The notes under the pieces were generated by a model. The model made no database searches. It was not told the DNA's origin and saw only the letters and a list, made by a program, of their open reading frames with translations. The translations under genes and the position numbers were made by a program. Below are positions 42,933 through 55,333 of a stretch of DNA of 64,000 nt, one piece after another (within the stretch, counting starts at the first letter, position 1; every line of letters starts with the position of its first letter). Source of the stretch: Chrysomallon squamiferum (taxonomy: Eukaryota > Animalia > Mollusca); the NCBI GenBank assembly GCA_012295275.1, contig CM022665.1, positions 21,142,001 to 21,206,000 on the forward strand, in the 5' to 3' direction.

Positions 42933-45211
42933 AAAACATAATTTTTGTTAGGAGAAATATATGTAACTATTAAACGATGATGATTGATGACGGAATTAAT
43001 AGCTCTCAAATAACAGAAATTAGATGAAAGAAGACATTAAAATAAATTTACGTGGATTTAGTTTCTAGGCAGACGTTACACCTCAAACTAAAACAAAATC
43101 CTTATATAGTCGCATAGACTTTAAGTGCTATGTATAATATGTCGGTAAATGAAACGGTTTTGTAACAATACCTGTATTTATTTATATATTATTTCACCAC
43201 AAAACTCTATAATTAAAAACAAAGTATGTAATACATCGTATTTGTTTTGTACTTTACGTTTTCAAAACCGGTATAATTACAAGCGAGACAAACGTTTAGT
43301 AGAAGTTTAAACTGAGGCTATCACAGTCAGTGGTGAGGTAATTGCTGTGTCTTACAGGGGACATAATTTGTGTAATTCACAGCAGATTACAAGATAACGT
43401 GATGAAAAAGCCGCGAGCTCTGGGGACAGTTTGAAAGCGTGCAGTAAATACGTGTGATGTTTTGATTCCGCCCAGATTAAAACTGAATCGTTATCCGATC
43501 TTGTTGGATAATCGCACAATGATTTTTATTCTGTTTTCCGATGACGTAATACAGGCCTAAGGCCTCCGTAAAACAGCCTTTGTCTTTCCCAGACAAGAAG
43601 ATGGATGGTTCGTGTCTTTCTCTTTCGTAACAATAACATGTTCACGTGATTTCTGTCACGTGATAAATTCCCACTCACGGATTAGCAGATGTCGCAGTGA
43701 CGTCTTCACGCATCGTTGTCAAAGCGAGGACAAAAACGTGACGACATTATTATATCACAATTAACGCACGTAAGACATGGGAGAATTAAAGTGATCACAT
43801 CACGTCGGGCTGTGAGAGAGTTACACTTCTGTTTTTGTTTCTTCTGTGTGGTGACATCTGGTAAGATTTAGCTGTGTTCTCCACGTGTTTGCTGCTGATA
43901 ACATAACACATGGAAAATATTATCTTGTAGGACATTTTACCGTAAACACAAAACATCTACCGATACACTGATGTATGGTGTATGCATGTGAGACACGAAT
44001 ATACCAAGGAATATTAACTGTGTACAGGAATTTTAGACAGTTTTATACAGGAATACAGGAAGGTCTTCCACAGAAATGGTATTGATGTACATTAATTTTA
44101 ACAAATAGAATTTGTGTGCAAAACTTTTAACACTTTTACACAGGAATATATGAAAGGTATGTACAGTAATTTTTGATACATAAAGGAATATTTAAAATAG
44201 TACGTACACGTATTAGAGTATTAAATTGTTGTAATATTGCGATATTAGACGCATTCACTAAGCAGTTTGTTATTATTTTTTTTCTTTTTTTTTTCTTCTT
44301 TATTTCTAAATCTACTGTAATTCCTTTCTATTTCTTTTCTCTTTTTTTAACCTTTCTTGTCTTTCAATTCATTGATTCATTCATTCTTTTCTTATTTTCA
44401 TTCACTTTCTTTTATCTTTTGTTTTCATTTTTTTTTTTTCTTCTTCTTCTTTATAGTGGCTTTCTTTGTTTTTGTATTCTGTCATGATTTTTGTTTTAAT
44501 CACTTGCGTTACATATTATTGTACTATATTTTACACGTTTTTCTTTCATTTATCTGAGCTAAAATACCGAGCACATAATGTTCTGTTGTCAGGCAACGAT
44601 AGATTATACTAGTACAAGAAAAGTTAAGCATGGAATGATATTTTAAGGATTTTGTTTTTCATTTTTTTACAAATTATTCTGGATACATTAATCTTTTATT
44701 TAGAAAAACAAAATGTTTATAATAAAACAAAGTAAAATGTGAAACTGAAATGAATTTGGGGTCTGTGAGCAAAAGAGTGAAAGGAAGACGGATGAAAGAA
44801 AACAACCCCGGAGATATTCACAGATGGATAGCTAGGTAAACAGACAGACACACATACACACAGACAGATAGATAGATAGACACACAGGTAAATAGAGACA
44901 GATAAAAAGACATAGACAGCGATAACAAAAAATTGAGAGAAAGAAAGAGAAACAGATAAAATGTTCTCTTGTATCTCTGGTGAAGGGTAGTTAATTTACA
45001 AATGAGTAATTAGGTTCTGAGTTTCCAAACTCTCTGGTGTAATTATACTCGACATTTTACTGATCACGTGACTGTAACTTATCGATAACCTCGATGTCAT
45101 GGAGATGTCTCTTCATGACATTTCTTTCTCGACGTTAAAGTACTAAAAATAAACCCACAATATTTCACAGTGTCAGTCTACATGAACTCACTTACCTGAG
45201 ATGTATAAAAC

Positions 45212-45214
<3 letters not shown>

Positions 45215-45304
<90 letters not shown>
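45215..45304. repeat. (GA)n microsatellite
   Basis: Directly visible. Confidence 0.95.
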
Positions 45305-45306
<2 letters not shown>

Positions 45307-45937
45307 AAAATGTAGATAAAGAATTATTATTAAAATCGTCAAGACTAAAGTTAAGGAAATATTTGCTAAGTATATAAGAAACCAGCAATATCAACTTAGC
45401 TCTCTGTATTTATCTGTACAAAGGTCAAAGCCAGTATGACGGGAAGGTTCGCTATTTTGATTATTCCCTGTTGTTTTGACTGCATCAAACATACACGTTA
45501 TTTCTCTCGCCGGCTTTTCTCTCTGATAACTTCCATACGTTGTCGAAGCCGTCTTTATTAATCTCAAATGTGGCGCATTGCACCCCGTCGTGTTTAAAAA
45601 TAAATAGCAGTCTTTTTGATGAAATTGTAATAACGAAAAGCGAAAGCAAATCCAACGTCACACCCAAATTACTTTACCAATATGTGGTTTGAAAAGCGAG
45701 GATTTTTTTCCTCTCTCTCAATCTTTCTTTTCTTTTGATTTTGAATTGAACTGTTTCTTATTAAGGTTTATTGAAAAAGTAAAAATGTTACTTGTGACAG
45801 TGTGTGAATGACAGACACAGAAAAATTTCTTCTTCAAGTCACTCGGTGCATTAAATATGAATAACACGTTTGTGAAAGCTGGTATCTCCCAGTACGTTTT
45901 GGCAAGTGTAATTGTTATAAAAATATAAAATACCTGT

Positions 45938-46212
45938 TTGTCTATCTATTTGTCTATCTATTTATGTACGTACGTACGTATGTATGTATGTATGTATGTA
46001 TGTATGTATGTATGTATCTGTCTGTTTATCTATGATCTACCTATCGATCTGTCTGTCTCTCTTCCTGTCTGTTTGTCTATCTGTCTTTCTCTATCTCTAT
46101 CTCTCTGTTTATATTTCTTTATATTTAATTATTTGTCTCTATGTCTATCTATCTATCTATCTATCCATATATCTGTCCTCTGTCTATATCTATCTATATA
46201 TCGATCTATCTG

Positions 46213-46292
<80 letters not shown>

Positions 46293-46340
46293 CTTATCCA
46301 TCTATCTATATGTCTGTAATATTATATCTGTCTATCTATG
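45938..46340. repeat. Compound (TATG)n/(CTAT)n/(CTGT)n low-complexity region
   Basis: Pure (CTAT)n at about 46213-46292 with degenerate flanks. Confidence 0.9.
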
Positions 46341-47961
46341 TTCTCTGTCTACTGACTGTTTATTTATCATTATGTGTTTATGTGGTTAAGTTTTCATTTA
46401 TTTCAGTCTCTGTTTATATACCAATCTATCCATTGATCTGTTCATCGGATCGTCTGTCTGTACGTAACTAGATACACCGTTAAATAATTTTATAATTTTT
46501 TTAAATCAACAATAGTAATACTAACTTGAATAACTGAAAGAAAAATGAGATGAATTCAGTTAAATAATAGTTGAACGCCCAGAGAGACAATCTAGTGATT
46601 TATCGAGGGTGGGTGGTTCTGAATTCTGAGGTGTTTATGGGGGTGGTACATCGAGGAGGTGTGACATAACATGTACAAAAGCTCAGTGGGGAGGTTCCTC
46701 CTGAATGCGTCCATGTCAGACCAGGTAAACAGCATTGAGAGGAATTTTACCTTTGTTACAGAACACTTGAGATGAGTCCACAGCCTTTGAGCCGTGTCCA
46801 AATAGTTCTGAGAATTTTAGGAAAGGATGTCAGACCGTCTAAAAAACAAAACTGAGTAATATATTTTTCCAGGGATGTAATTCTTCTTTGAAAACGAGAT
46901 CGAGGGATATTCCACGCAGACGTGCCAAATCTTAAACTAACGAACGAATATTTGTAAATGTGCAACCCTGACAACGTCATTCTGGCGTCGTCGTAGAAGC
47001 GGTTGATGCAGGTTACAGGTTGCCAGCAGAGCGGCATAGAGCGTAGTGTTTACAGAGATGTTTTAGAGACCTGTGTTCTTTTTTCCCTCAGTGTTAGCGG
47101 GTTTGGCAGGGTTTGCTGTATGATATGACAGGTATGTCGTACCGCCAGGTCGCTACACTTGTGAAAACATCAGATCTCCGTGTAACTGTAGACAACTTGC
47201 TATATCGTCAGTCTAACACAGCCTACACCAGCCGCAGTGTCAGAGATATTACTGACTCGTTTTCTGTGTGGTGATATTAAATATATATCTGCTCTAGCCT
47301 GATGTACGTACGTACGTCTCTGTGTGTTTCCTAGGATCGTATTGTAATACCAGTCGTGTCCTTAGGTATGTATGTACGCTCTTCTGTGATTTGTGGTTTC
47401 TATTCCTTGTTTTCGCCTTCTAGATTTGTTTATTTGTTGACTTCTTTTTTTTTTTTTTTTTTGGCACAGCTTACAGCATGATCTGGTAAGTTCGTAATAA
47501 AAACATACGACCTTATTTCGCGTTTTGTTAATATACATATCTTTCCTGGTTTGTGAAAGTATGTACAGATATGAAATATTTGGAACGATTTCTGTGTTAT
47601 AATTACAAATTGGATATTATATATGGAAACGGAGGTAAATTATTTTTAGCTGTTGATGTTGTTTTTGTTAGTGTCATTGCGATTTGCGATTTGTTTATCG
47701 TTTCTTTTGATACAAATATTATACTAACTGCAACATCAGCAAACAACTGTTATTCTTAAATAATCCATTTACTTATTTATGTAAAAATTTAGTGATTTAA
47801 TAATCTTTCTGTTTATTTCTTTTGTATAAAAATAAATAAATAAACAAATATATAAATAAATAAGAATAATAATAATAACAAAAACAACTAAATAAATGAT
47901 GATAATGATGATGACGATATGATAATAATAATAATAAAACAACAACAACAGCAGTAACATC

Positions 47962-47999
<38 letters not shown>

Positions 48000-49068
48000 T
48001 AATAATAATAACGAAACAGTTATTATGTTTTAACGAGACAGTTTTCATTCCGTTTTGTTGTATAGCAATATGGAATATACTGAAATGAACAATCAACAAA
48101 ATAATATAACATCAGTTACATTTAACAAATATTTCCTTCAAAATCGGAGAGCACTTTACGAAAAAGTTGTATTTTCTGAATTAAAATTAATATTACTGGA
48201 ATTACATATAAATATCAACTGATTATAATAAATAAAAATTATAGCTGTATTATTTTGAATGCATAAATCATGAAATGGTTATATTTTACTTTGGAAAGCT
48301 TGCCTCTTTTTATTTTGTGTTTTTCTAAAGGTATTAAAGAGTGTAAAAAAACAAGTACAAAAATGCTAATAAAAACGCTAGTATTATTAATAATGATTCA
48401 ATCATTATAATTTATATATATATATGCATGTATCTTATATCTTACTAAATGACAAATAATACATATATAAGAATATGACTCATATTGTATATTATATATT
48501 TATTTATTTACTTAATTACTTTACATAATAATAAATGAATAAATTATCATTGCTTATTATTATTATTATTGTCATTATCATCATCATCATCATCATCATC
48601 AACATTGTCATCTATTTATCTGTGTGTCTGTTTATTTATTTATTTATTTATTTATCAGCTTCATCCTCTAACAAAACATATTTTGTTGACAAATATTTTC
48701 CGCCCATATTATATATGCATGTCATTTAAAAAGATTTTTTACACACACACTCTGTACATACCTTTACATAAAATATCTTTTCCTCTGTCAAAGTTGTTAC
48801 CACTGTAAGAAATAATCATTAATAACATTTATGAAAGCATAAGTAAAATATTTGATCTGAAAAATTATTTGATTGATGATATAGTACTGCATGCACGTTT
48901 TAAAACTGGGATAGCGTGTGCAGTATGTCAGATAAATGTTATTAATAACTGATTATGTTGTATCAGAAATCTGACACTGATGTTCTCTGTTCTCGTAATG
49001 ATGACACATTGTCGATGGTTAAATACAAATAAGATATGCAACTTTGTATATTTCATACCATTACGTAA

Positions 49069-49072
<4 letters not shown>

Positions 49073-49145
<73 letters not shown>
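49073..49145. repeat. (CT)n microsatellite
   Basis: Directly visible. Confidence 0.95.
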
Positions 49146-49149
<4 letters not shown>

Positions 49150-49729
49150 ATGTATATATCTCTCTATCTTTCAGTCTAACTTTTCTATTAATCTCTCTCT
49201 CACTTTTTCTATATAATATATATGTCACATACAGACAAAAATAATAATATTTGTGATAAGTTAATTTGTACACTAACAACTTACTAATAACATATAAAAG
49301 TAGCTGTCAGCTGTGAACTGTATTAACGTATGTCACAACGTACAGTCACATCGTTCAGATGACGTGTCAACTGTCAACGACGTGACAAATATATCTAATT
49401 ACACGTTACGTAACACAAGATGTCTCCTATCTATCATAGTCATTGAGTGTCAAGCTGTTACGTACATCTGTAGTCACTGATTAGCCTGAGGTTACAGGTT
49501 CAAACCTAATCGGTTCCCCTTTGTTCTTTTTTAAACTTTCCCCTCAGTACATGATGACTGGTTTGTCAAATGTTCTTGTGGGTGTTTTCCTGTCACACAC
49601 GCAAAAGCTACGTGCTAATGTTAACTGTTTTTAATCATTAACTATGTTCATTTTCTACTTTCAGTTCCTGACTATTTATTATAAATTTTTTTTCTTTTTC
49701 TTTCCATCCAATATTTATTTGTCTTTTTT

Positions 49730-49732
<3 letters not shown>

Positions 49733-49819
<87 letters not shown>
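49733..49819. repeat. (CT)n microsatellite
   Basis: Directly visible. Confidence 0.95.
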
Positions 49820-49820
<1 letters not shown>

Positions 49821-50169
49821 AATATTTATATACTGACTGTATATATAACCTGAGAGGTTTTCATGCATTTATATTTATATTTATTTATTTATTATATGTC
49901 AATAACACGTCAAAATGTATTTATCTGGATTTATTTTTTGTATTATTCTAAAAAGGGTTTATCGAGATACGGAATTAATAAGCTCTTATTACGAATACAA
50001 TGTACAATAATGTTAAAGTATTTCTGTATTAAAACCGAACATTAATAAAACAAACAGTTTATTAAAGTAAGACAAATACTTACATAAAACCGGCACTAAT
50101 ACAAGGAATATCTCTGATATCAGAGAAATTATAGATTTAAAAACAGGTGTAATAAACTTCTGATAATCT

Positions 50170-50270
50170 ACACAGCCCAGGTGCGAAGGGATTAGGATAA
50201 AGCACAATGACTAATTAAAGAGGGTGGGTTTCGAACCCGCGATTCTCCTGTTCACCAATCAGCTAAATTA
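50170..50270 (-). mobile_element. Possible degenerate tRNA-derived SINE fragment
   Basis: The minus strand reads ...gagaatcgcgGGTTCGAAACCcaccct..., a B box inside a short T-arm-like stem. No clear A box, tail or TSD. Confidence 0.3.
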
Positions 50271-50393
50271 GTGTCACGTATTCAAGCGCGCAGTGTTCCG
50301 TTATCCATGCCAGTGAGCGAATTAACACCATCCACACACTGTTTGCTAATTGTCATCGGGTTCTTTTTTTTCTCTCAATATAAACTGATTACT

Positions 50394-50469
50394 GGGCGGA
50401 GCTAGTGTGTTCTCTCAGAGAGAGAAAGTTTGGTTATAAAACAAAAGAGAATATCAATTGTAGTTAGTT
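50394..50469 (+). promoter_or_regulatory. Candidate Pol II core promoter upstream of fj (GC box, TATA box, Inr)
   Basis: GGGCGG at 50394-50399, TATAAAA at 50434-50440 and TTAGTT at 50464-50469, with its A about 32 nt after the TATA start. A possible 5' splice site CAG|GTATTT follows at 50543/50544. Confidence 0.45.
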
Positions 50470-52512
50470 GACAAACGTATTTTTGTTGTGTGGACCGGTG
50501 TGATATTCGTGTTGGATTTTACCTTGTTAATTACAGTATGCAGGTATTTTAAATGTGAACATATTTTAGTGTTTGTATGACTATGTTTTACACCTATACA
50601 CATATACATACATATATATAATCATGTGTGCGTATTATCTATAGACAGATGAATGTGTGAGTATGTGTACGTATGCTAAATAATATGTATGTGCTTTGAA
50701 ATCATTTATCATTAATGATCTGTCTGTCTCTGTCTATCTCTCTATCTATCGACACACACACAGAGAGAGAGAGATAATGGGAATAATTAGTACCATATTT
50801 ATATCAATTTATAAAATTTGTTTTGTGCTCATACTGTAATTTCCTATTATTATTATTATTATTATTATATTTATAATGTTTATATAAAATATATTATTTT
50901 GTAAAATACGTTAAATAAATACAGTTTGTAAGTTAGTTCAGCCATCTCCCTAACAACTGTTTGATTTAATTAACTGGTTTCCATAGCGTTTCTTTGGCAA
51001 CAGGTTTTGGTGATTAGTCTTCAAAACTATCTCAGCCGCACCGCCGTTCAGCTTTTAACTGAAGTGCGTCCTCTCTTACTTGATTTCCCATTGTTCTCGG
51101 TTCACGAGTTAAAACCAATTGAAGGATTGCCTCTGTTTATCCTCACAGATGCCCGCAGCTAATCCCCCATTCTCTTTAGAATTAGGCTACAGGAACAGAA
51201 GACAATTGTCAGGAAAGCTTTTTGGAGTGAAAGAGAAAACTGCCGACTAAGAGACATGGCCAAATTGACTTTCATTGAAATAAATACAACGGTTTTTGAT
51301 TGACAGGCAAGAAACGGCACTAGGGGGCAATCAAATTTCAATACAGCAACAAAAGATGGAGTCTAAATCCCTTTTTTATTTGCCGCCGATATGAAAACAG
51401 TTTTAACACCACACAAGGTGTAGGGGCTTTAAGCTGAAAGTGCGAAACGTGAATATCAACCTTGATTATTAGAATACTTCCATTCCGTTATGACTATCCC
51501 GAGGAAAAAAATCCCAGAACACTGGTTGTTTGATATATGTACATGTGTATGTGGGTGCATTAGTTTTATAGGTGTAACTTAGGTAAAAATAAAATATTAT
51601 TATTAATATTTTATTACGTATTTATCATGTTGTTAATATTTCATTAAGTATTTACTAAATATTTCCTTACGAACTCTTTTCAGATGGACTTCCCAGTAGA
51701 GATCAGACAAACGCTATAGAGATTCTGGAAAAGGCCACATTTGTATGTCTGATGTTACAAGGATAGTGAACAACCTTACAAAGTCATAATTCAGAGTGGA
51801 AATGTGGAAAATAATATTAAAATGTTGACAACGAGGAGAAGGAAAACATGAAGAACAAAAACATTCAGTTCCCCGTTTCTCTGTACTGAGGAAATTTCTA
51901 ATGACAGAAAAGGTGAGGTCACACCACACCCCAATCTATCTCCCGGGCAGCGGTCACAGCGGTCATTGTGGTGATAATGAAGAGAGAGACTGTCCAAGCT
52001 GTGATTGTTTCCTATAATTAGAAATAATCTGAGAAAATCTCTAACACTTGTGACAAACAAGCTCGCTAGCTTAGGACGAGCCTGTCATACAACAGAAACT
52101 CTTGTTGCTTGCTGTTCAGTGTTTCACTTATTACTACAGAAAAATATTCGTGTTCATTCTCAAGTTATTTGTTTGATTAGACAGTGAATCTTCATTAAAA
52201 ACACAAACTACACGGAGTTATATGACTCAGCTGCGTAAATTCGTGGAACCTAAAATCTCGTGTCTTTAGAAAAATTTAAAGTTTTAGATTCTATAATTGT
52301 GTGTTTCAAAAATTATTCTGCAAATTCCACGACCAGTTGTAAATGAAGACTTTTATTCTCTGTGTTTTTTTAAAATTTATTCATGCATAACGAAGGCTTA
52401 AGAAGAAATACTTGATTTCTGAGTTTTAAAACAGATCTGTCAGTTATACCAGTGTTACTGAGCACGACGTCTGCTCTCTGTATAGATGTCAACGTCTTTC
52501 GTGTGTGTGTAG

Positions 52513-54099
52513 ATGATGAGGTTTGTCGTTGTCATCATGACTGGAGTAGGATTCACATTTGGAATACTTTTTGGACTTTTTCTACAACTTCCCGCTGGTT
52601 CTCTTCCAGCAGACAACCTCTTCGTCGATGACGTCCACAAAACATTTCGCTTCCGTCGTTCTCTCAGTGCTGACGTCGAAGCATCTTACAAAAAGAGTGG
52701 TGGGTTCCAGAGGCTGCATTTAGAATCTGTAGCAGAAAAAATTTCTAATTCTGATTCTGTTACAGGGTTAAAGTATGACAAGCCTGTTACAAACAGTTTA
52801 AACGATGTGAGTCTACAGCATGGTAACAAAAGTGTTCGAAATGAACGAGTCAGTCAGATGAGATCTGAATTACGTAAAGAGAGACGAACAGACACTGGAA
52901 TACATCATACTCGGGAATCCATCTCTAATGTGCCTAGATCAGATATCAAACAAAAGACTGGAGAATCACTCGCAAACGAAAGTAAATTTGTCGAGAAAGA
53001 ATTAGAATATAAACAAGATGTGCAATCTTTGACTGTTGAAATCAAAGTGCTCGGCGCTGCCAATACAAACACGATTATGAAAAACAGCAATGCCGAAGCG
53101 AAGCCGGTATTAAGTGATGTAAATGTTAAACAAAATTCATACAAAGTTTCTGTATTGCCAAAAGCATATTCAGGCATTTATTGGAACTCGAATTTCACAC
53201 GGCTGTGTCCTGCAGGCTTTACAGGTGCACATTCCACAGTGTGGAGAAGAAAATCTGACGATCTTCAAATAGTGAAAGTGGAGGAAGGTTGCGGAAGAAT
53301 GCAAAATCGTCTACTTACATTCAGCGATGCTTCAAAGGCTTGTGCCCGATACAGGCTCAACGTGGATCAGATTCAAGGAGAGATTTATTCTTATTATCTC
53401 GCCAAGTTGCTTAACATGACAAACCTACCACCGACTTTCCTACTTACAGTGAATTCTCTAGATGACAAGTGGAAGTCGGTTCATCTCGACCTGCGCGAGT
53501 CACAGTGGGCTGATGATAAGGTGGTGATTCTCACTCAGTGGGTGAGCGGACTCTTCCCAGCATACATTCCTCCCGTGTTGCAGAAAGACAACAGACGACT
53601 GCACCCCACTGAAGACGTCCTGGGAGGAAAAACTCGTGAAGAGATGTGCGAGTTGGTGCAGTGGTCTGATTTGATAGTGTTTGACTATCTCACTGCTAAT
53701 CTAGACCGGGTGGTCAATAACATGTTCAACAAACAATGGAACGACCAAATGATGAGTAATCCGGCTCATAATCTGGAAAAAACTTCAGATGGAAGTTTAG
53801 TGTTTCTAGACAACGAGTCGGGCTTGTTTCACGGTTACAGGTTGTTGGACAAATATTCGGGTTTTCACAAACAGCTGCTCAGTTCTCTGTGTGTTTTTCG
53901 CGAGAGCACGGCGCAGAGAATTAGAGACTTACACCAAAGTGGTGACATAAGCAACCAACTTCACAAACTGTTTTACCAAAACGAAAAACTTCATTTAAAA
54001 GTGCCTGATATTCCGGAGAAAAATATCAAAATTCTCAAACGTCGTATAGCTGACGTGTTTTACCAAATACAACACTGTGAATCACAGTATGGCAGATAG
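52513..54099 (+). CDS. fj: Four-jointed (FJX1-family) Golgi/extracellular Ser/Thr kinase, type II membrane protein; coding region in one uninterrupted ORF
   Basis: 528-aa ATG-to-TAG ORF, the only long non-repetitive ORF in the window. N-terminal hydrophobic anchor FVVVIMTGVGFTFGILFGLFL, then a polar stem, then Fj-family motifs GCGRMQNRL, ACARYR, DQIQGEIYSYYLAKLL, LVQWSDLIVFDYLTANLDRVVNN and LVFLDNESGL (DNE at 53809-53817). Recognised from motifs; no database search was run. Confidence 0.95.
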   Translation: MMRFVVVIMTGVGFTFGILFGLFLQLPAGSLPADNLFVDDVHKTFRFRRSLSADVEASYKKSGGFQRLHLESVAEKISNSDSVTGLKYDKPVTNSLNDVSLQHGNKSVRNERVSQMRSELRKERRTDTGIHHTRESISNVPRSDIKQKTGESLANESKFVEKELEYKQDVQSLTVEIKVLGAANTNTIMKNSNAEAKPVLSDVNVKQNSYKVSVLPKAYSGIYWNSNFTRLCPAGFTGAHSTVWRRKSDDLQIVKVEEGCGRMQNRLLTFSDASKACARYRLNVDQIQGEIYSYYLAKLLNMTNLPPTFLLTVNSLDDKWKSVHLDLRESQWADDKVVILTQWVSGLFPAYIPPVLQKDNRRLHPTEDVLGGKTREEMCELVQWSDLIVFDYLTANLDRVVNNMFNKQWNDQMMSNPAHNLEKTSDGSLVFLDNESGLFHGYRLLDKYSGFHKQLLSSLCVFRESTAQRIRDLHQSGDISNQLHKLFYQNEKLHLKVPDIPEKNIKILKRRIADVFYQIQHCESQYGR

Positions 54100-54201
54100 C
54101 ATTCAATGGTAGATTCGTTTTAAAACTTGGTGCACTATAGGCAATTTACTATTATTGTTGCTGTTGTTATTGTTTATTTAACCACTTGTTTTTCTGCACA
54201 T

Positions 54202-54234
<33 letters not shown>

Positions 54235-54440
54235 TCAGCACATACAAGTATTTTAAAAAATGAAATACATTTTATCCTTTGTTAGTATCGTTATAGATTT
54301 TATTAACACATAATTCTTTTAAGTCGGAAAATCATAAAAATATGTTTATTTATATCAGAAGTGTTTATAAAACACTGACTCAAGTAAATTAATTTTAAAT
54401 TATTCTTTTCTGGACTATGCACTATCAACTTATTATTTAC

Positions 54441-54491
<51 letters not shown>

Positions 54492-55298
54492 TTAAAGTTA
54501 TTTCTTCTCATTTAAGAAAAAAAATTATAGCATTCAAGTCGACTGACAAGGTTCTGCCTTCCTAATTACTTTAACTAGAATAAATAAACATTTCTGCATT
54601 GCCCTAATACACTTACTTTTTGATTTTGATTTGATATGATTTTATTTAAATTAATCACATTATTCTTTGAAGTTGAATTTCGTGTGTATCAAGTTTACAG
54701 TGTTAAAATATAAGTCTGTTCTCATTCTGCTGAACTAAATAAAATAAATTTTAATGTTTTATTTATTTTATGAAGGTTTAAAATATATATAATAAAACAG
54801 AATACGCATTTTTACATTATCAACATTTAATATATTTATCAAAATTCAATTTCTTTCATATATATATATATATGTAATTTGTTGGTGTTAAAAAATCTGC
54901 TATTAATTAATTAATATATTGTTATTTATTTAAATTACAGATAATTAATTTCATGAATATTTCATTTTAACCACTCCTTTTTGAAAATAAAAATATTTTT
55001 ATTCTAAAATTAGTCGGATAAGAAATAATATTTTGAAAATAAAATTCTTTAAATTATTTTTAAAGTTTATTTTATCTTCGCTAGTAAATTAATAAATTCG
55101 TGTTTTTCAAAATAGGCACCTCTGAAATAAATTAATGATATATCTTACTTTTTTTTACTTTTTTTTTTATTTAAAATGTTTTAAAAGTATATTTATGTTA
55201 GGTTATCTTTATTATTTTCTCTAGAAATAAACATAAAAATAAATATATTTTAGTAAATAATAATAATCCAGAAATATATTATTATTTATTCATATATG

Positions 55299-55333
<35 letters not shown>

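Noticed and set aside
45095-45121. miR-281-like sequence (tgtcatggag...)
   Set aside because: Only about the first 10 nt resemble the miRNA as I recall it. The stretch folds on itself as a short inverted repeat and has no complementary upstream arm to form a pre-miRNA.
46592-47037. Two overlapping minus-strand ORFs as a frameshifted gene or retroelement fragment
   Set aside because: I recognise no reverse transcriptase, transposase or other domain motif; BLASTX would be needed to revive this.
52905-53177. Antisense ORFs overlapping fj (also 52455-52640)
   Set aside because: Short shadow ORFs on the opposite strand of a real CDS, with no independent evidence.
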